The notes under the pieces were generated by a model. The model was not told the origin of the DNA and made no database searches. It worked only from the letters and a program-made list of their open reading frames with translations. The position numbers and the translations under genes were made by a program. DNA of 63,118 nt, counting the filler, from Octopus bimaculoides (lineage: Eukaryota), in NCBI RefSeq assembly GCF_001194135.2. It is 7 parts of 6 records of this genome, joined end to end, with 100 filler letters (N's around TTAATTAATTAA, not from the genome) between each part and the next. Parts side by side here need not be neighbours in the genome. Positions count along the whole stretch, not along the records: positions 23,861 to 28,310 come from NC_068986.1; positions 28,411 to 37,623 come from NC_069003.1; positions 37,724 to 47,282 come from NC_068991.1; 4 more parts are not named here. One strand, written 5' to 3'. Positions 26,751 to 38,195 of the stretch are shown here, in pieces. Numbering within the stretch: the stretch's first letter is position 1; each line of letters opens with the position of its first letter.

Positions 26751-27330
26751 ACATACAAAACGGAGAGATTACTCAAGGCTCCTATCACCCCTCCCCTTGT
26801 ATTTGTAGCGAATACAATCTTTATCTGATTCAGGTGGCGTTCTAAACGCATTCGATATCATTCGTGTTCACCAGTCTAATCATGCTAGTTACGTTAGTAT
26901 CCAGTGGATAATATTATAACACTAATTAGAACTTATTACTGGCTCAGCGAGTCTATTAATACCTTGGCTCTAGTTCATGAGTTAATTTGATACGTGTGTA
27001 ATATTCGTTGCTAGCATTTGTCTTTCATTCGTGTTTGTGTGTTGTGTTGAAGCCTGGTTCATTGATTCCAAAGTATTTATAATTCTGTGCTTGATCTGAC
27101 GTGACTACACCTACTTAGCTTCGTTACAGAGTCGGACAAAATGCCATGCGTTGTTTTTTTCGGCTTTCTGTTTTTGTTTTTTTGTTTTTTTTTACGTTCT
27201 GAGTTCACATCAGGTTAAGGTTATATTCACTTTTTGTCTGTCAAGGGTCGATAAAATAAAGAATCAGTCAAGCACTCGGATCTGTGCGATCGACAGTCAT
27301 ATAACTTTCAAATTTTGTACCTATAATTGA

Positions 27331-27364
<34 letters not shown>

Positions 27365-27373
<9 letters not shown>

Positions 27374-27778
27374 GCCCGGATGCAGTACCAGGCAGTGGCT
27401 CTCATGGCTTCTGATCTTAATTGATTGGAAGTGTTATCATGTACATTGTTTTGTCTTGGTATAAAAAGTTGGGTTACAGCAAATATTCTGCTCAATACCA
27501 CAGATTTGCTTGTCAGTTGTTTGACCTTAACCAGTTGAGCATGTCCCTTAGTGGCTGACGATATGTGCATCTCTGATCATGAGCAGAAGTAGTGGGGGAG
27601 CATCACGGCCATGTGTTGAGAGGAATTCTTTGGGGTTTGAATAATTCAACTCTTATTCAAGGACCTCGACCTGAAGAAAATTCTAACTGGGCCCCACCTG
27701 CAAGGTCATGCGCTGTTTATCTCGATATGAGATCACCATGTCGCGCAGATATGGTTGTGATGCATGTGCCTGGTGTCT
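27365..27778. repeat. interspersed repeat (family D); second copy inverted at about 53880-54465
   Basis: About 400 bp of high reverse-complement identity (e.g. atgcccggatgcagtaccaggcagtggctctcatg vs catgagagccactgcctggtactgcatccgggcat), with an (AAT)n tail at one end. Class not determined. Confidence 0.8.
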
Positions 27779-27879
27779 CCTTAACAGTCGGGGAGCAGTA
27801 GTTGGTCGTCCGAACAGTGACTAGAGACAACAGCAAGAAATACAGAAACTTTCCTAATAGCAGAGATAAAATAGCTTTT

Positions 27880-28278
27880 TTCCTCTAGGCACAAGGCCCG
27901 AAATTTTTGGGGGAAGGGGAGACCAGTCGATTAGATCGACCCCAATACGCAACTGGTACTTAATTTATCGACCCTGAAAGGATGAAGTACAAAGTCGACC
28001 TCGGCGGAATTTGAACTCAAAATGTAAAGACAGACGAAATACCTATTTCTTTACTGCCCACAAGGGGCTACACACAGAGGGGACAAACAAGGACAGACAA
28101 ACGGATTAAGTCGATTATATCGACCGCAGTGCGTAACTGGTACTTAATTTATCGACCCCGAAAGGATGAAAGGCAAAGTCGACCTCGGCGGAATTTGAAC
28201 TCAGAACGCAGTGGCAGACGAAATACCACTTAGCATTTCGCCTGGCATGCTAACCATTCTGCCTGCTCGCCGCCTTAG
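27880..28278 (-). mobile_element. two adjacent or nested family A SINE copies
   Basis: Two copies of actggtacttaatttatcgacc..gtcgacctcggcggaatttgaactc; the second has a different 3' tail. Confidence 0.8.
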
Positions 28279-28619
28279 TAGAAAAGTTTATTAAAGCAGC
28301 AAAATGGCAGNNNNNNNNNNNNNNNNNNNNNNNNNNNNNNNNNNNNNNNNNNNNTTAATTAATTAANNNNNNNNNNNNNNNNNNNNNNNNNNNNNNNNNN
28401 NNNNNNNNNNAATGCTGGCTGTGTTATATAACAGAAGATGGCGAGGTGTGGTGGCGGTGTAGTGTTTGTTAAACTCCAGGCCAGCTTTGATCGAACAAAC
28501 CTAAGATCAAAGGTGTTCCAACCACGACCATCTCGACAGTATTCGTTGTCATGGTGGTGATAGTGGTAGCGGTGGTGGCAGCGATGATGAAAGGGACGAT
28601 GGTGGGGGTGGGGTGTTAT

Positions 28620-29112
28620 TGGTGTTATTATGCTTCTCTATAGCAGTGTGGGAGCATTCCATTTTCTCTGCCAGTTCCCTTGTCGTTTGACGAGAATTTT
28701 CGTGCAAAAGTTGGTTTAATCGCTCCTCATCGAACTCAACTGGACGTCCAGAACGAGGTGCGTCTTTGAGGTCAAAATTTCCATTTTTGAACTTGGCATA
28801 CCAATCACGAGTTGTTCTTTCAGCTATGGCACCCTCTCCATACACAGCAAAAATGTCGCGAGCAGCTTTCGCGGCCTTAGAACGTTGATTAAAAGCAAAA
28901 AGAAGGTGCCGAAAATGCTCGTTTTTCTTAACTTGACATTCCATTTTAATGATCTGAAAATAGACAAAAATTAACTAAAATTAACTAGAAAAAAAAATAG
29001 ATTCCAAAATGATTCAAAAATAGAATTCTCGAAATAAATAGATTCCAAAATTTAAAATCGCAATAAATTCTGAAATTAAAAAAAAACGGCGGGAATTTAG
29101 TTGCCAACCCAA
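28620..29112 (-). mobile_element. mariner element 5' end: TIR plus transposase N-terminus
   Basis: TA|TTGGGTTGGCAACTAA terminus at 29112-29114. ORF MECQVKKNEHFRHLLFAFNQRSKAAKAARDI..WYAKFKNGNFDLKDAPRSGRP..QTTRELA; truncated by a microsatellite. Confidence 0.9.
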
Positions 29113-29194
29113 TATATAAATACATATACAAGAGTAGGCAAGATAGGTTAGTTACTACAGTATCTATCCCGAGATAATATATCTTAAAGACATA

Positions 29195-29378
29195 CTGTAT
29201 TAAAAACACGATGAATATCGGAGGGCGACAAAAATTTCTCCCGTCCGAGTATGTGGATGACTGTGAGTGCGCGCCGCTGAGGAAGCCTAAGAAGGCCGAA
29301 ATGCTTCTAACATTTTTGTTGGCCGCTGCTATGATGAACGTTCGTCTCCCTCCGATATTTAATGCGTTTTTAACACAG
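29195..29378. mobile_element. short inverted-repeat-bounded element (~35-bp imperfect IRs) with a central hammerhead-like core
   Basis: Left arm ctgtattaaaaacacgatgaatatcggagggcgac vs right arm gtctccctccgatatttaatgcgtttttaacacag; CTGAGGA-AGCCTAAGAAGGCC-GAAA at 29277-29301. Confidence 0.55.
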
Positions 29379-29444
29379 CACGTCAATAAGAGATGCTACC
29401 TCAAGACAAATACCGCAGTAACTGGCCTATGTATATATTAAAGT

Positions 29445-29620
29445 GGAGGTGCGTGGCTTAGTGGTTAGGGTGTTGGATCCATGATCGTAAGATTGTGGTT
29501 TCGATTACTGGACCGGGCGTCACGTTGTGTTCTTGGGCAAAGCATTTCATTTCACGCTGCTCGAGTCCACTCAACTAGCAAAAATAAGTAAGCCAGCAAC
29601 GGATCGGCATCCTGTCCAGA
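29445..29620 (+). mobile_element. tRNA-derived SINE head (family C-like)
   Basis: gtggcttagtggttagggtg..gtttcgattactggaccggg (A/B boxes); related heads at 37285-37400 and 52585-52720. Confidence 0.65.
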
Positions 29621-30906
29621 TGGGGAATATACACGCCATTTTAACACTGGGGTCGATGTAATCGACTTAGCACCCCCACCCCACTCCACCCGGAATTGCT
29701 GGCCCTGTGCCAAAGTTTTAAACCAATATTCTTGTCTTGTCTGTGTCGTACGTTTATGTTATTAAATGGGACGACCGTTTGTATTTGGTGTTCTCTAGCG
29801 TTATTGATGGGGAAAGAGGCCACGGATTTTTGTCGGCGCTTCTTTCGGTCATATGTCGTGGGACCAAATTTCCAGCTGATTCAGCTAAGGCGATGATAAT
29901 TGTACAGCAACGACTGGAAGATGGCAAGAGGCTTTTTGTACTTGTTCTCTTCGCACGGCTTTGATTTGATAATGTCTCCATAACCTAGCGGTTCGGCAAA
30001 AGGACAACAATGTAATAAATAACAGAAATACAGAACCAAATTTTTATATATTTTTATATCTTTTAATGGTATGTGAAGCCGATGTGTTTGACTAAACTCT
30101 TAAAGGCGGTGCTCCAGCATGACCGCAATCCAATCGACGGAAACAAGTAAGGGGATAAAACAAAACAAAACAAAACAAGAAAAAAGATAAAAGAACGTGG
30201 GGGTCACGGGTGGAGGTGGAGGCGTGTTTTGTTTTGGTTCCTTTTGTTGATGGCATATTATCACCAAGGCAACGATACATAAATAGAAAACACCGCCGCC
30301 ACCACCACTACCACCACCACCACCACCGCCTACACATAAAAACCATCACCACTTACACAACCACTACCGCATTTTCATCATTCCACCGCACTCTGCCAGC
30401 AACATCCGTCTTCAACTGTTTCTGTTTGTTTGTTTGTTTGTTCCTAGCTTCCATCTTCAAAAGGTTGTAGGCGGAATATTTTGTTTCTTACAAGTTTTGT
30501 TGTTGTTGTTTTTGTTGGTGGTGGTGGTGGGGGCGGGGGTGTTGTTGATGTTGTAGTTGTACGTTCCTCGTGTCATCTCTCTAAACACACCCATTCAATT
30601 ACATCTTAGAAATGACGACGACGACGACGACGTTATTGTTGTTGTTGCTGTTGTTGTTGATGGTGATGTCGGCGGTGTTGATGACGATGGTGACGATGAT
30701 GATGATGATGATGATGATGATGACGATGATGATGATGATGACGATGACGACAATTATGATGATTTCACTATAAATACAATCGCGTCTTGAACTACACATG
30801 TTCAAAGCCATTCACAAAATGTGAGCGCGTGAGTGTGGGAAACATACATGTACTGCCACACCCTTCCCCCACTCCCTGTCATACACCCGTAAACATACGA
30901 GCATGC

Positions 30907-30957
<51 letters not shown>

Positions 30958-31666
30958 TAGATGTTTCTATGCGTGTGTACATAAATATGCCGAACGTACA
31001 CTTATACATATACATATATGGCTATATAATTATNNNNNNNNNNNNNNNNNNNNNNNNNNNNNNNNNNNNNNNNNNNNNNNNNNNNNNNNNNNNNNNNNNN
31101 NNNNNNNNNNNNNNNNNNNNNNNNNNNNNNNNNNNNNNNNNNNNNNNNNNNNNNNNNNNNNNNNNNNNNNNNNNNNNNNNNNNNNNNNNNNNNNNNNNNN
31201 NNNNNNNNNNNNNNNNNNNNNNNNNNNNNNNNNNNNNNNNNNNNNNNNNNNNNNNNNNNNNNNNNNNNNNNNNNNNNNNNNNNNNNNNNNNNNNNNNNNN
31301 NNNNNNNNNNNNNNNNNNNNNNNNNNNNNNNNNNNNNNNNNNNNNNNNNNNNNNNNNNNNNNNNNNNNNNNNNNNNNNNNNNNNNNNNNNNNNNNNNNNN
31401 NNNNNNNNNNNNNNNNNNNNNNNNNNNNNNNNNNNNNNNNNNNNNNNNNNNNNNNNNNNNNNNNNNNNNNNNNNNNNNNNNNNNACTAATGTATTGGGTG
31501 GGCGGGTTCAAGTGGTATTTTTTTACTTCTGTTATGTGGAGGGTGAGAGATGAATTTCGGGGTGTTGGGTTTGGTGGATATCACTTTTGAGGAATTTGCG
31601 TGCATACGTGTGTGCATGTGTATGTGTGCATGTGTGTGTGATGTGTGTTTGTGTTTGTGTTGTTTG

Positions 31667-31697
<31 letters not shown>

Positions 31698-32282
31698 TGT
31701 ATTTGTATGTCTGGATATGTATACGAGAATACAAATATACCTATATATATAAAGAGAGACGCAAAGTTTGGAAGAATTGAAAAGAATCTTCGGACGAAAC
31801 AGAAGCTCCGAGAAAGTACCTGTTGACGAGAGAAACTTTCTGAACAATAATAACTTGTTACTACACCACTCCGACATTAACTGCAACAACAAATATTACC
31901 AATATCGACAACAACATCAACTATACCAATAATATTAACAAGGACCCAGCGTATATTTTGGGTACTTAAAAGATATTGCAGTCTGTTTCTGTGTGGTTTT
32001 TCTCCTTCCAGTCTTATTATTATTATTGTTGTTATTATTAATAATAATAATACTATAAACACACGTTTGGGGTAACTTTTTAGATAACTCAGGTTCACCT
32101 CTCAAGCTCCCATAAAACCCCGCTACTTAAACCAAACGAGACGAAACCCTAAAGAACTTTCATACTTCCATTGTGTATCTCTGAACTCTACTGTCCTATA
32201 GTAAATTATATTAATCTATATTCCAAATATAACATACTTTACGGCACTACACTGTATAACACAAAGAAACACGCTGTGTTGT

Positions 32283-32290
32283 TATATATA
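32283..32290 (+). promoter_or_regulatory. possible TATA box of the Argos-like gene
   Basis: TATATATA in non-microsatellite context about 85 bp upstream of the ATG; positional inference only. Confidence 0.3.
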
Positions 32291-32374
32291 CTGCAACTCC
32301 ACGGTTTGTTTTTGCATCTACATCTCAGCTGAGATTCAGCGTCCTAACTGTGATTCACCGAAACAGATTCAACA

Positions 32375-32488
32375 ATGGCCACTCCATCAATACTGTACTG
32401 CTTCTTAATCTATGCTGTCGTGCAAATCATCTCTGGACATCAGGCTCGTGTGCCGTACAGGGTGTCAAATCTGATGAACGTCGTTCTT
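32375..32488 (+). CDS. first coding exon (signal peptide) of secreted Argos/giant-lens-like protein
   Basis: ACAATGG Kozak context. MATPSILYCFLIYAVVQIISG|HQARVPYRVSNLMNVVL has a hydrophobic h-region and a small residue at the likely cleavage site. Ends at a phase-0 CTT|GTAAGT donor, matching the phase-0 acceptor at 36696. Confidence 0.75.
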
Positions 32489-32519
32489 GTAAGTATCACA
32501 TTTATTATTATCATCATCA

Positions 32520-32572
<53 letters not shown>

Positions 32573-32822
32573 TCCTTTTTTTTTTCTTCTTTCTTCAAAT
32601 ATTCTTCCATTTCTCGCCGAGTGTTTTCCGTACACCTAGGGCAGAGAAACTCGTTGTATGCATTCCCAGTTTACACACGCAAATTCACTGGTAAAATATG
32701 TATGTAAAAAAATTAATAAATAAATAAATTCATGAATGGATGTTGTTTTCACAGCGATAATGCTCTTCTCAGTACTTGAGTCGTTCCAGTTAACACGATT
32801 TATTATTATTATTATAATTGTA

Positions 32823-32879
<57 letters not shown>

Positions 32880-32992
32880 TGCCTTTCATCCTTTTGGGAT
32901 TGATAAATTAAGTACCAGTGAAACACTGGGGGTCGATGTAATTGACTAGTCCCCTCCCCCAAATTTCAGACCTTGTGCCTGTAGTAGAAAGA

Positions 32993-33040
<48 letters not shown>

Positions 33041-33084
33041 TACTTTTAATCTGCATGGTTGTTATAATTAGTCGCCGAAACACA

Positions 33085-33395
33085 TTCAGCGTCCTAGGGC
33101 GAGTGAAGGATAAGAGATGTTACAGTATGACTGGAAGCTTCTCTGAGACATGGTTATCCTGGGATATTATCTAGATGTTTCTGACACCCCGTTCTTATCA
33201 TACTAAGGACACCCACAATAACAAGAACAGTTCTCGCTTTAAGATGCGAGATCTTTTGTATTTCTGTTTCCAGGTCCTTATATCTACTCAATTTGTCAAA
33301 TTTCCTTACAGATATATTTTTATCAGTAGGGACACTCATCTTTCTACTGAGTTGGAGTCTTTGGCTCATCGTGAAATTGTATCTTTATTGTTTTA
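33085..33395 (-). mobile_element. 3' end of a LINE with a restriction-like endonuclease (RLE) domain
   Basis: MSVPTDKNISVRKFDKLSRYKDLETEIQKISHLKARTVLVIVGVL; same domain as at 53470-53872. Confidence 0.75.
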
Positions 33396-35199
33396 TTTTT
33401 CTATAAATATTTCCATAATCATTGCTCTGATCAACTTCCTGGCCTAGTAATTGCTTTCATTTCCTTTAAACATGTTAACCAGCTTCTCTTTCCAAACATA
33501 TCGTTTCTCTTTTGAGCTCCCTGCTCGTCATAAGCCTTTATATTCTAACGGCTTCTTTCCTCGAACTGCTGTCCTCAGAAACTCATTATCATCGTTTTGT
33601 TTTCATCTGGTCTACAATATTCGGTCCTTTAAGCTTTCTGTCAATCAACTTCTTTTGTTTTTGTAAGCCCCTTTAAGCCCCTTCTTTATATACTACAATG
33701 ACCTCAAGCCCTGTTCGGGGAAAAGTCGTATAAAAAGAATAATAATGCGTCGAACTGCCAGAATAGTCGAACAGAATTCTTAACAGCATTTCTTCCGGTT
33801 CTTTACGTTCTGAATTCAAATTGTACCAAGATGGGAAATTATCAGGAATCATATTATTATATTTAGGTGCACTCCTCCGCATTGTAAGTTCAATTCTTGT
33901 TTCCCTCATCTCAGTTGGGTACCCCAGGTTAACAAACATAAAAAAAAACTCTTGAATACCATCACAAAACTCACTGAGTGATGAAGACCGTTTTCTTTGG
34001 TATGTATATGAGATTACTCGCGGGGATATACTCACACATACCGTTTATAATATAGGGTTATGCAAAGCGAGATTCTTAACCACACAGCCTAAAGGGAATT
34101 GATTCGAATGAAATTTGGTTGCTATTTCTAGCATGTCCAGCGACCACGAATACCTTTCCTTGTTGATTCGTCACTTGTTTTTAATGTTGTTTTCCTTTGT
34201 TACTAAGATACAAAGACCGTACACTGAAATTTGAGTTATATTTCGCTATTAATGGTTAATCGGCAGCGCAGGTTCTCAACGTGTGTGGTACCACCCCTAG
34301 GGGCGCGCTGGGTATATCGAAGACTTTAGGGGTAGTGAATGGGGTGGTGAAGTAACATAATTAACATACTAAATTTCACCTATAGCAGTAATTATTATAC
34401 ATAATAAAACTAGTAATGGTTATTAAAATGAAATGAAATCTCATCAAGCACAGGGAAGTCATTAACTTGCAATGTATGAAGTTAATTTACAGTTTCTGTC
34501 TTTATTAATTTCTTTTTTATCTGTTCACTGTTAAAAGCTCATGCAATCCATTTTTAGAGCAACATTTATAAACTGTCATCCATGTCAAATTAGTTTAGTC
34601 GTGATATCTCACTCACCACTTAGATGGGTGCAAGGCGTAACAACTACGTAGAAAGTGGGGCGCTACAGACAAAATGGTTAAGAGCCATTGTTCTACTGAT
34701 AAAGTATTTATAGTCGGATTTACTTTCCTGTTGCTCTTCACCTCATAGGATACATTGAAGAGAAGGGGAGTAAAACAACTGCTTTCGATGGGAACCTGAT
34801 CGATCTGAATCGATTTAAAGCATTCAACTGAGTCTACTATCAACATATACAGATGATCTACACTACAGTCAATTTAAGTCTGTTTTTAGAGGCTGCATCG
34901 CTTCAATATACAGCAGAATCTTAAAGTGGTCGGAGTAAATGGTCGCTTAACAGAACTGTTTCGATTCACGTGCGGATGTCTATCAAGATTCATTGTTCAA
35001 GTAGCGGTGTTAAGGAGCATACTTAACTTCGAAAAGTGAGATGTTTGGAGTAAGAGACAGAAAGCAGGATAAATCAGCGGACTCGACAACTGGGAAGGGA
35101 CATCCATGCCCGTCTGCGTCATGGATCACTGGATTGAGGGACTTGGTAAAATGCTTGAGGTACAATTCTAATCAAATTTCCAGATGAATAGAAACTGAG

Positions 35200-35420
35200 G
35201 TGATGTTACAAGCAAGGTGGCCGTTGGGTGACAGTGTGGTTGTAAGTTTTTAGTCAAGAAGAGTATTTTCCTCTGTCCTGTGGCTATGGTGAAAACCGTT
35301 ATGTGGCAATCAAGCCAGAATGTCCCTCAAGCTCTCGTTGATTTTTTCAAGTTCTACTTGAAGAGGGAGATGAGTGTTTATCAAAAGATGGGTGAAAGTA
35401 GTGAACATGACCTGAGTGAA
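35200..35420 (+). mobile_element. possible L1/Tx1 ORF2 C-terminal fragment
   Basis: KKSIFLCPVAMVKTVMWQ..ALVDFFKFYLKREM resembles the Tx1-type ORF2 tail; resemblance only. Confidence 0.35.
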
Positions 35421-35721
35421 TGGAGCTACACTCAACTGAGAAATGACAACCAACAAAACACCTTTTAAAGTCACAGTAATCTTGGATCGGTGGTGTTCCT
35501 TAATAGGTACTAGGTGGTGGTCTATATCTTCGACGATGCAAGTAATTCATCTGTAGATTGTGAACCACTTTTTCTGGGTTTTTTCGTTCTCTTTCCATTT
35601 ATCTGATTTCAGTATAAACTGTTAGAAATTTTGTAACCTGTCATTAACTTGTTCTTTCATTCGTCGCCCTTTTATTTAAATCATAATAATGTTTTTTCTA
35701 AATAAATAAATAATTATTAGT

Positions 35722-35885
35722 ATTGGCATTTCGTCTATCTTTACGTTCTGAGCTCAAATTCCGCCGCGACTGACTTTGCTTTTCATCCTTCCGGGATTGA
35801 AATAAGTACAAGTTGAGTACTGTATACGACTTTCCCCACTTCCTCGAAATTCCAGGACTTGTTTCTATAGTAGAAATGATTATTA
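35722..35885 (+). mobile_element. degenerate family A SINE in intron 1
   Basis: ggcatttcgtc..acgttctgagctcaaattccgccg..tttcatcctt..ctatagtagaaa, followed by an (ATT/ATC)n tail. Confidence 0.7.
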
Positions 35886-35897
35886 TAATTATTATTG

Positions 35898-35934
<37 letters not shown>

Positions 35935-36200
35935 TATTATTATTATTGTTCAGTAGTTTTATTTTTATGACGTGCTTTCACTTCACTACCGAGCGCAGCT
36001 CTGTGTGCCTTGGGTATGTGCTGTGGTTTGCTGTGATGCTCTTATGGTTACTGTATTGAAAGTGTTTTGCGTAGGATGTGTGCAGTGCCCAGTAGTGCAA
36101 TTTTCTGTATGTTATAGATATTTGTAAGTCATGGTGGTTTTGTTATGTATTTGTCTGAATCTATTCCCCGATATTCAGAGGTTTGTTTCTGCCCAGGTAC
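35935..36200 (-). mobile_element. RLE-LINE extreme 3' end (copy 1)
   Basis: Reverse complement encodes IYNIQKIALLGTAHILRKTLSIQ*, then a 3' UTR and an (AAT)n tail. Confidence 0.7.
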
Positions 36201-36449
36201 TTTTATAACTGTTTCAACATCTAACTCAACGGAATTTGAGTTTACCAATTTCCCTTTCTTCGAAGTGGCCTTGGAGCATTTATCAGGACCAACGCTATCC
36301 TGCTGTCATCACTAAATACTTTTACAATACATAATAGGTCTTCAAGCTCATCATTGTCGTTGCTAATAAACTTTTAAGCCATTCTTATAAAACTGATAGC
36401 TTGTTTTCTTGTTGTCAATTTTATAACCATACTATTGTTACTATCGTTA

Positions 36450-36626
36450 CCATTATTTAGTAGCTTTATTTTTATTACGTGCTTTTGCTGTACTGCCGAG
36501 CGCAGTTCTTTGTAATTTGGGTATGTGCTGTGGTTTGTTTAAGTGTTGCTATTTTTACTGTATTGAAAGTGCCTAACATAGGGTGTGTGCGGTGTCTAGT
36601 AGTGCTATTTTCTGTATGTTATATAC
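36450..36626 (-). mobile_element. RLE-LINE extreme 3' end (copy 2)
   Basis: Diverged repeat of 35970-36120; encodes IYNIQKIALLDTAHTL. Confidence 0.65.
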
Positions 36627-36695
36627 ATACATAAGTCCCGTTTTTGCTGCTGCTGTTGTTGTTGGTACTATGTTATTGATTTATTGTTTTTACAG

Positions 36696-37079
36696 CCTCA
36701 AAGGTATATACCCGTCTGTCCCACGCTCGATCACGTATGCGGCCGTGTCTGGAGGAAAGGCATCTACATACAACACATCTGCTCCTGTCCAGGCAAAACA
36801 CAATGTTCCATGGAATGGGATGATAGCGTAACAGGCCGTTCGTTCCAAGTGAAGAAGTACGTCCAAGACAAATATTGCGGCCCTGCCAAAGTGGAAAGAG
36901 TGTGCGCTCCTAAAGAAATCTCATTCAGCGTGGTTTCGGCCATCAAACCGCAAAGAGAGGTCTACCGCCAAGGTGTCGTCTGCTTGTGCAAGTCTCCATA
37001 CGGGGTTCACCAGAATGCCATCTATGAACTCCGAGACAGAAACGATTTAAAATATGTGCACGTCTTTTCTTGTGGTAAA
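36696..37079 (+). CDS. internal coding exon of Argos/giant-lens-like cysteine-rich protein (two clamp domains, 10 Cys)
   Basis: Acceptor ttgtttttacag|, donor AAA|GTGAGT, 384 nt, phase 0-0, no stops. PVCPTLDHVC..CSCPGKTQC..KYC..RVC..CLC..VFSC reproduces the 6+4 Cys spacing of Drosophila Argos domains 1 and 2 (recalled as LPVCARNTVC..CRCP..GGC..KMC..PVC..CRC..LFAC). Confidence 0.85.
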
Positions 37080-37723
37080 GTGAGTAGTCTTTTGTCTTTT
37101 TTTACTTGTTTCAGTCATTTACGGGGGGTCACGTTTGTGTACTGCTTTCAAGGGCTCTTGCAATTAGTCTGGTACTTATTTTATCGACCTGTTTGCAAGA
37201 AATGATTAAGTTTATCAGAGTCAGTGCTGTCTTAATGCATGGGCACACTAGACAGTTTCCTTGGGACAACCCGCATGAAAGTACCTGGCCTAGTGGTTAG
37301 GGTATCGGCCACATGATCATAGCGTTTTGGGTTCGATTCCTGGACTAGGCAAAGCGTTGTTTCCTTGATCAAGACGCATTATTTTATGTTACTCCAATTT
37401 ACTCATTCGAAAGAGAGTAGCAGGCATTTCCTTCGCAAGCTCTTCAAAGGACGCAACAATGATCAAGACCGTCTTAGCAACATTATTATAGGCCCTCGGA
37501 TAAATCCGTGCACTGAGACCTATAGTGTTTATTTACTGGCAGCAAGCCATATCACACATATATCAGAACTGGCCCGTTCCGAGAATCGAACACACAATTT
37601 CCCGATTGTAAGCCATACACCTCNNNNNNNNNNNNNNNNNNNNNNNNNNNNNNNNNNNNNNNNNNNNTTAATTAATTAANNNNNNNNNNNNNNNNNNNNN
37701 NNNNNNNNNNNNNNNNNNNNNNN

Positions 37724-37758
<35 letters not shown>

Positions 37759-37953
37759 CATATATGTCTGTGTGCGTGTGTGTATATATACATATATAGA
37801 TATATATACATATATATGTGTGTGTGTATATATATATATATACGCATTTATATGTTTGCGTATGTATATAAATATGTTTACACACACACAGATGTATATA
37901 TATATGTATATTGTATATGTATGTATGTATGTATATATATATACAAATGTATA

Positions 37954-37990
<37 letters not shown>

Positions 37991-37993
<3 letters not shown>

Positions 37994-38195
37994 GTCATCA
38001 GCTGTCGAACGCCGACGAAGGGAAATAACCCTGAAATCCGGATACGTTCGTGCTGCTGGTCGAGGTGAGAGGGATAACTCCCTTGGCAAACAGGACACAG
38101 TCGTGTGTCGATAAGCCAGCTGGAGGAGATGTCCTCCTGGGGCTAAAAGCAACAGTAACATCCACCCCTAGGGGTCAGCCACACTTAAGTGGCAA
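37991..38195 (+). mobile_element. ~200-bp structured element between (TA)n tracts carrying a hammerhead-like motif
   Basis: GC-richer island with hairpins (gagggataactccct; ggaggagatgtcctcc; cccctagggg) and the motif at 38006-38050. Confidence 0.5.
38006..38050 (+). ncRNA. minimal type-I hammerhead ribozyme motif, U4C core variant
   Basis: CGAACG-CCGACGA-AGGG(AAATAA)CCCT-GAAA-TCCGGA-TA-CGTTCG: perfect 6-bp helix I, 4-bp helix II, palindromic helix III (ATCCGGAT), AUA triplet. Confidence 0.65.
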
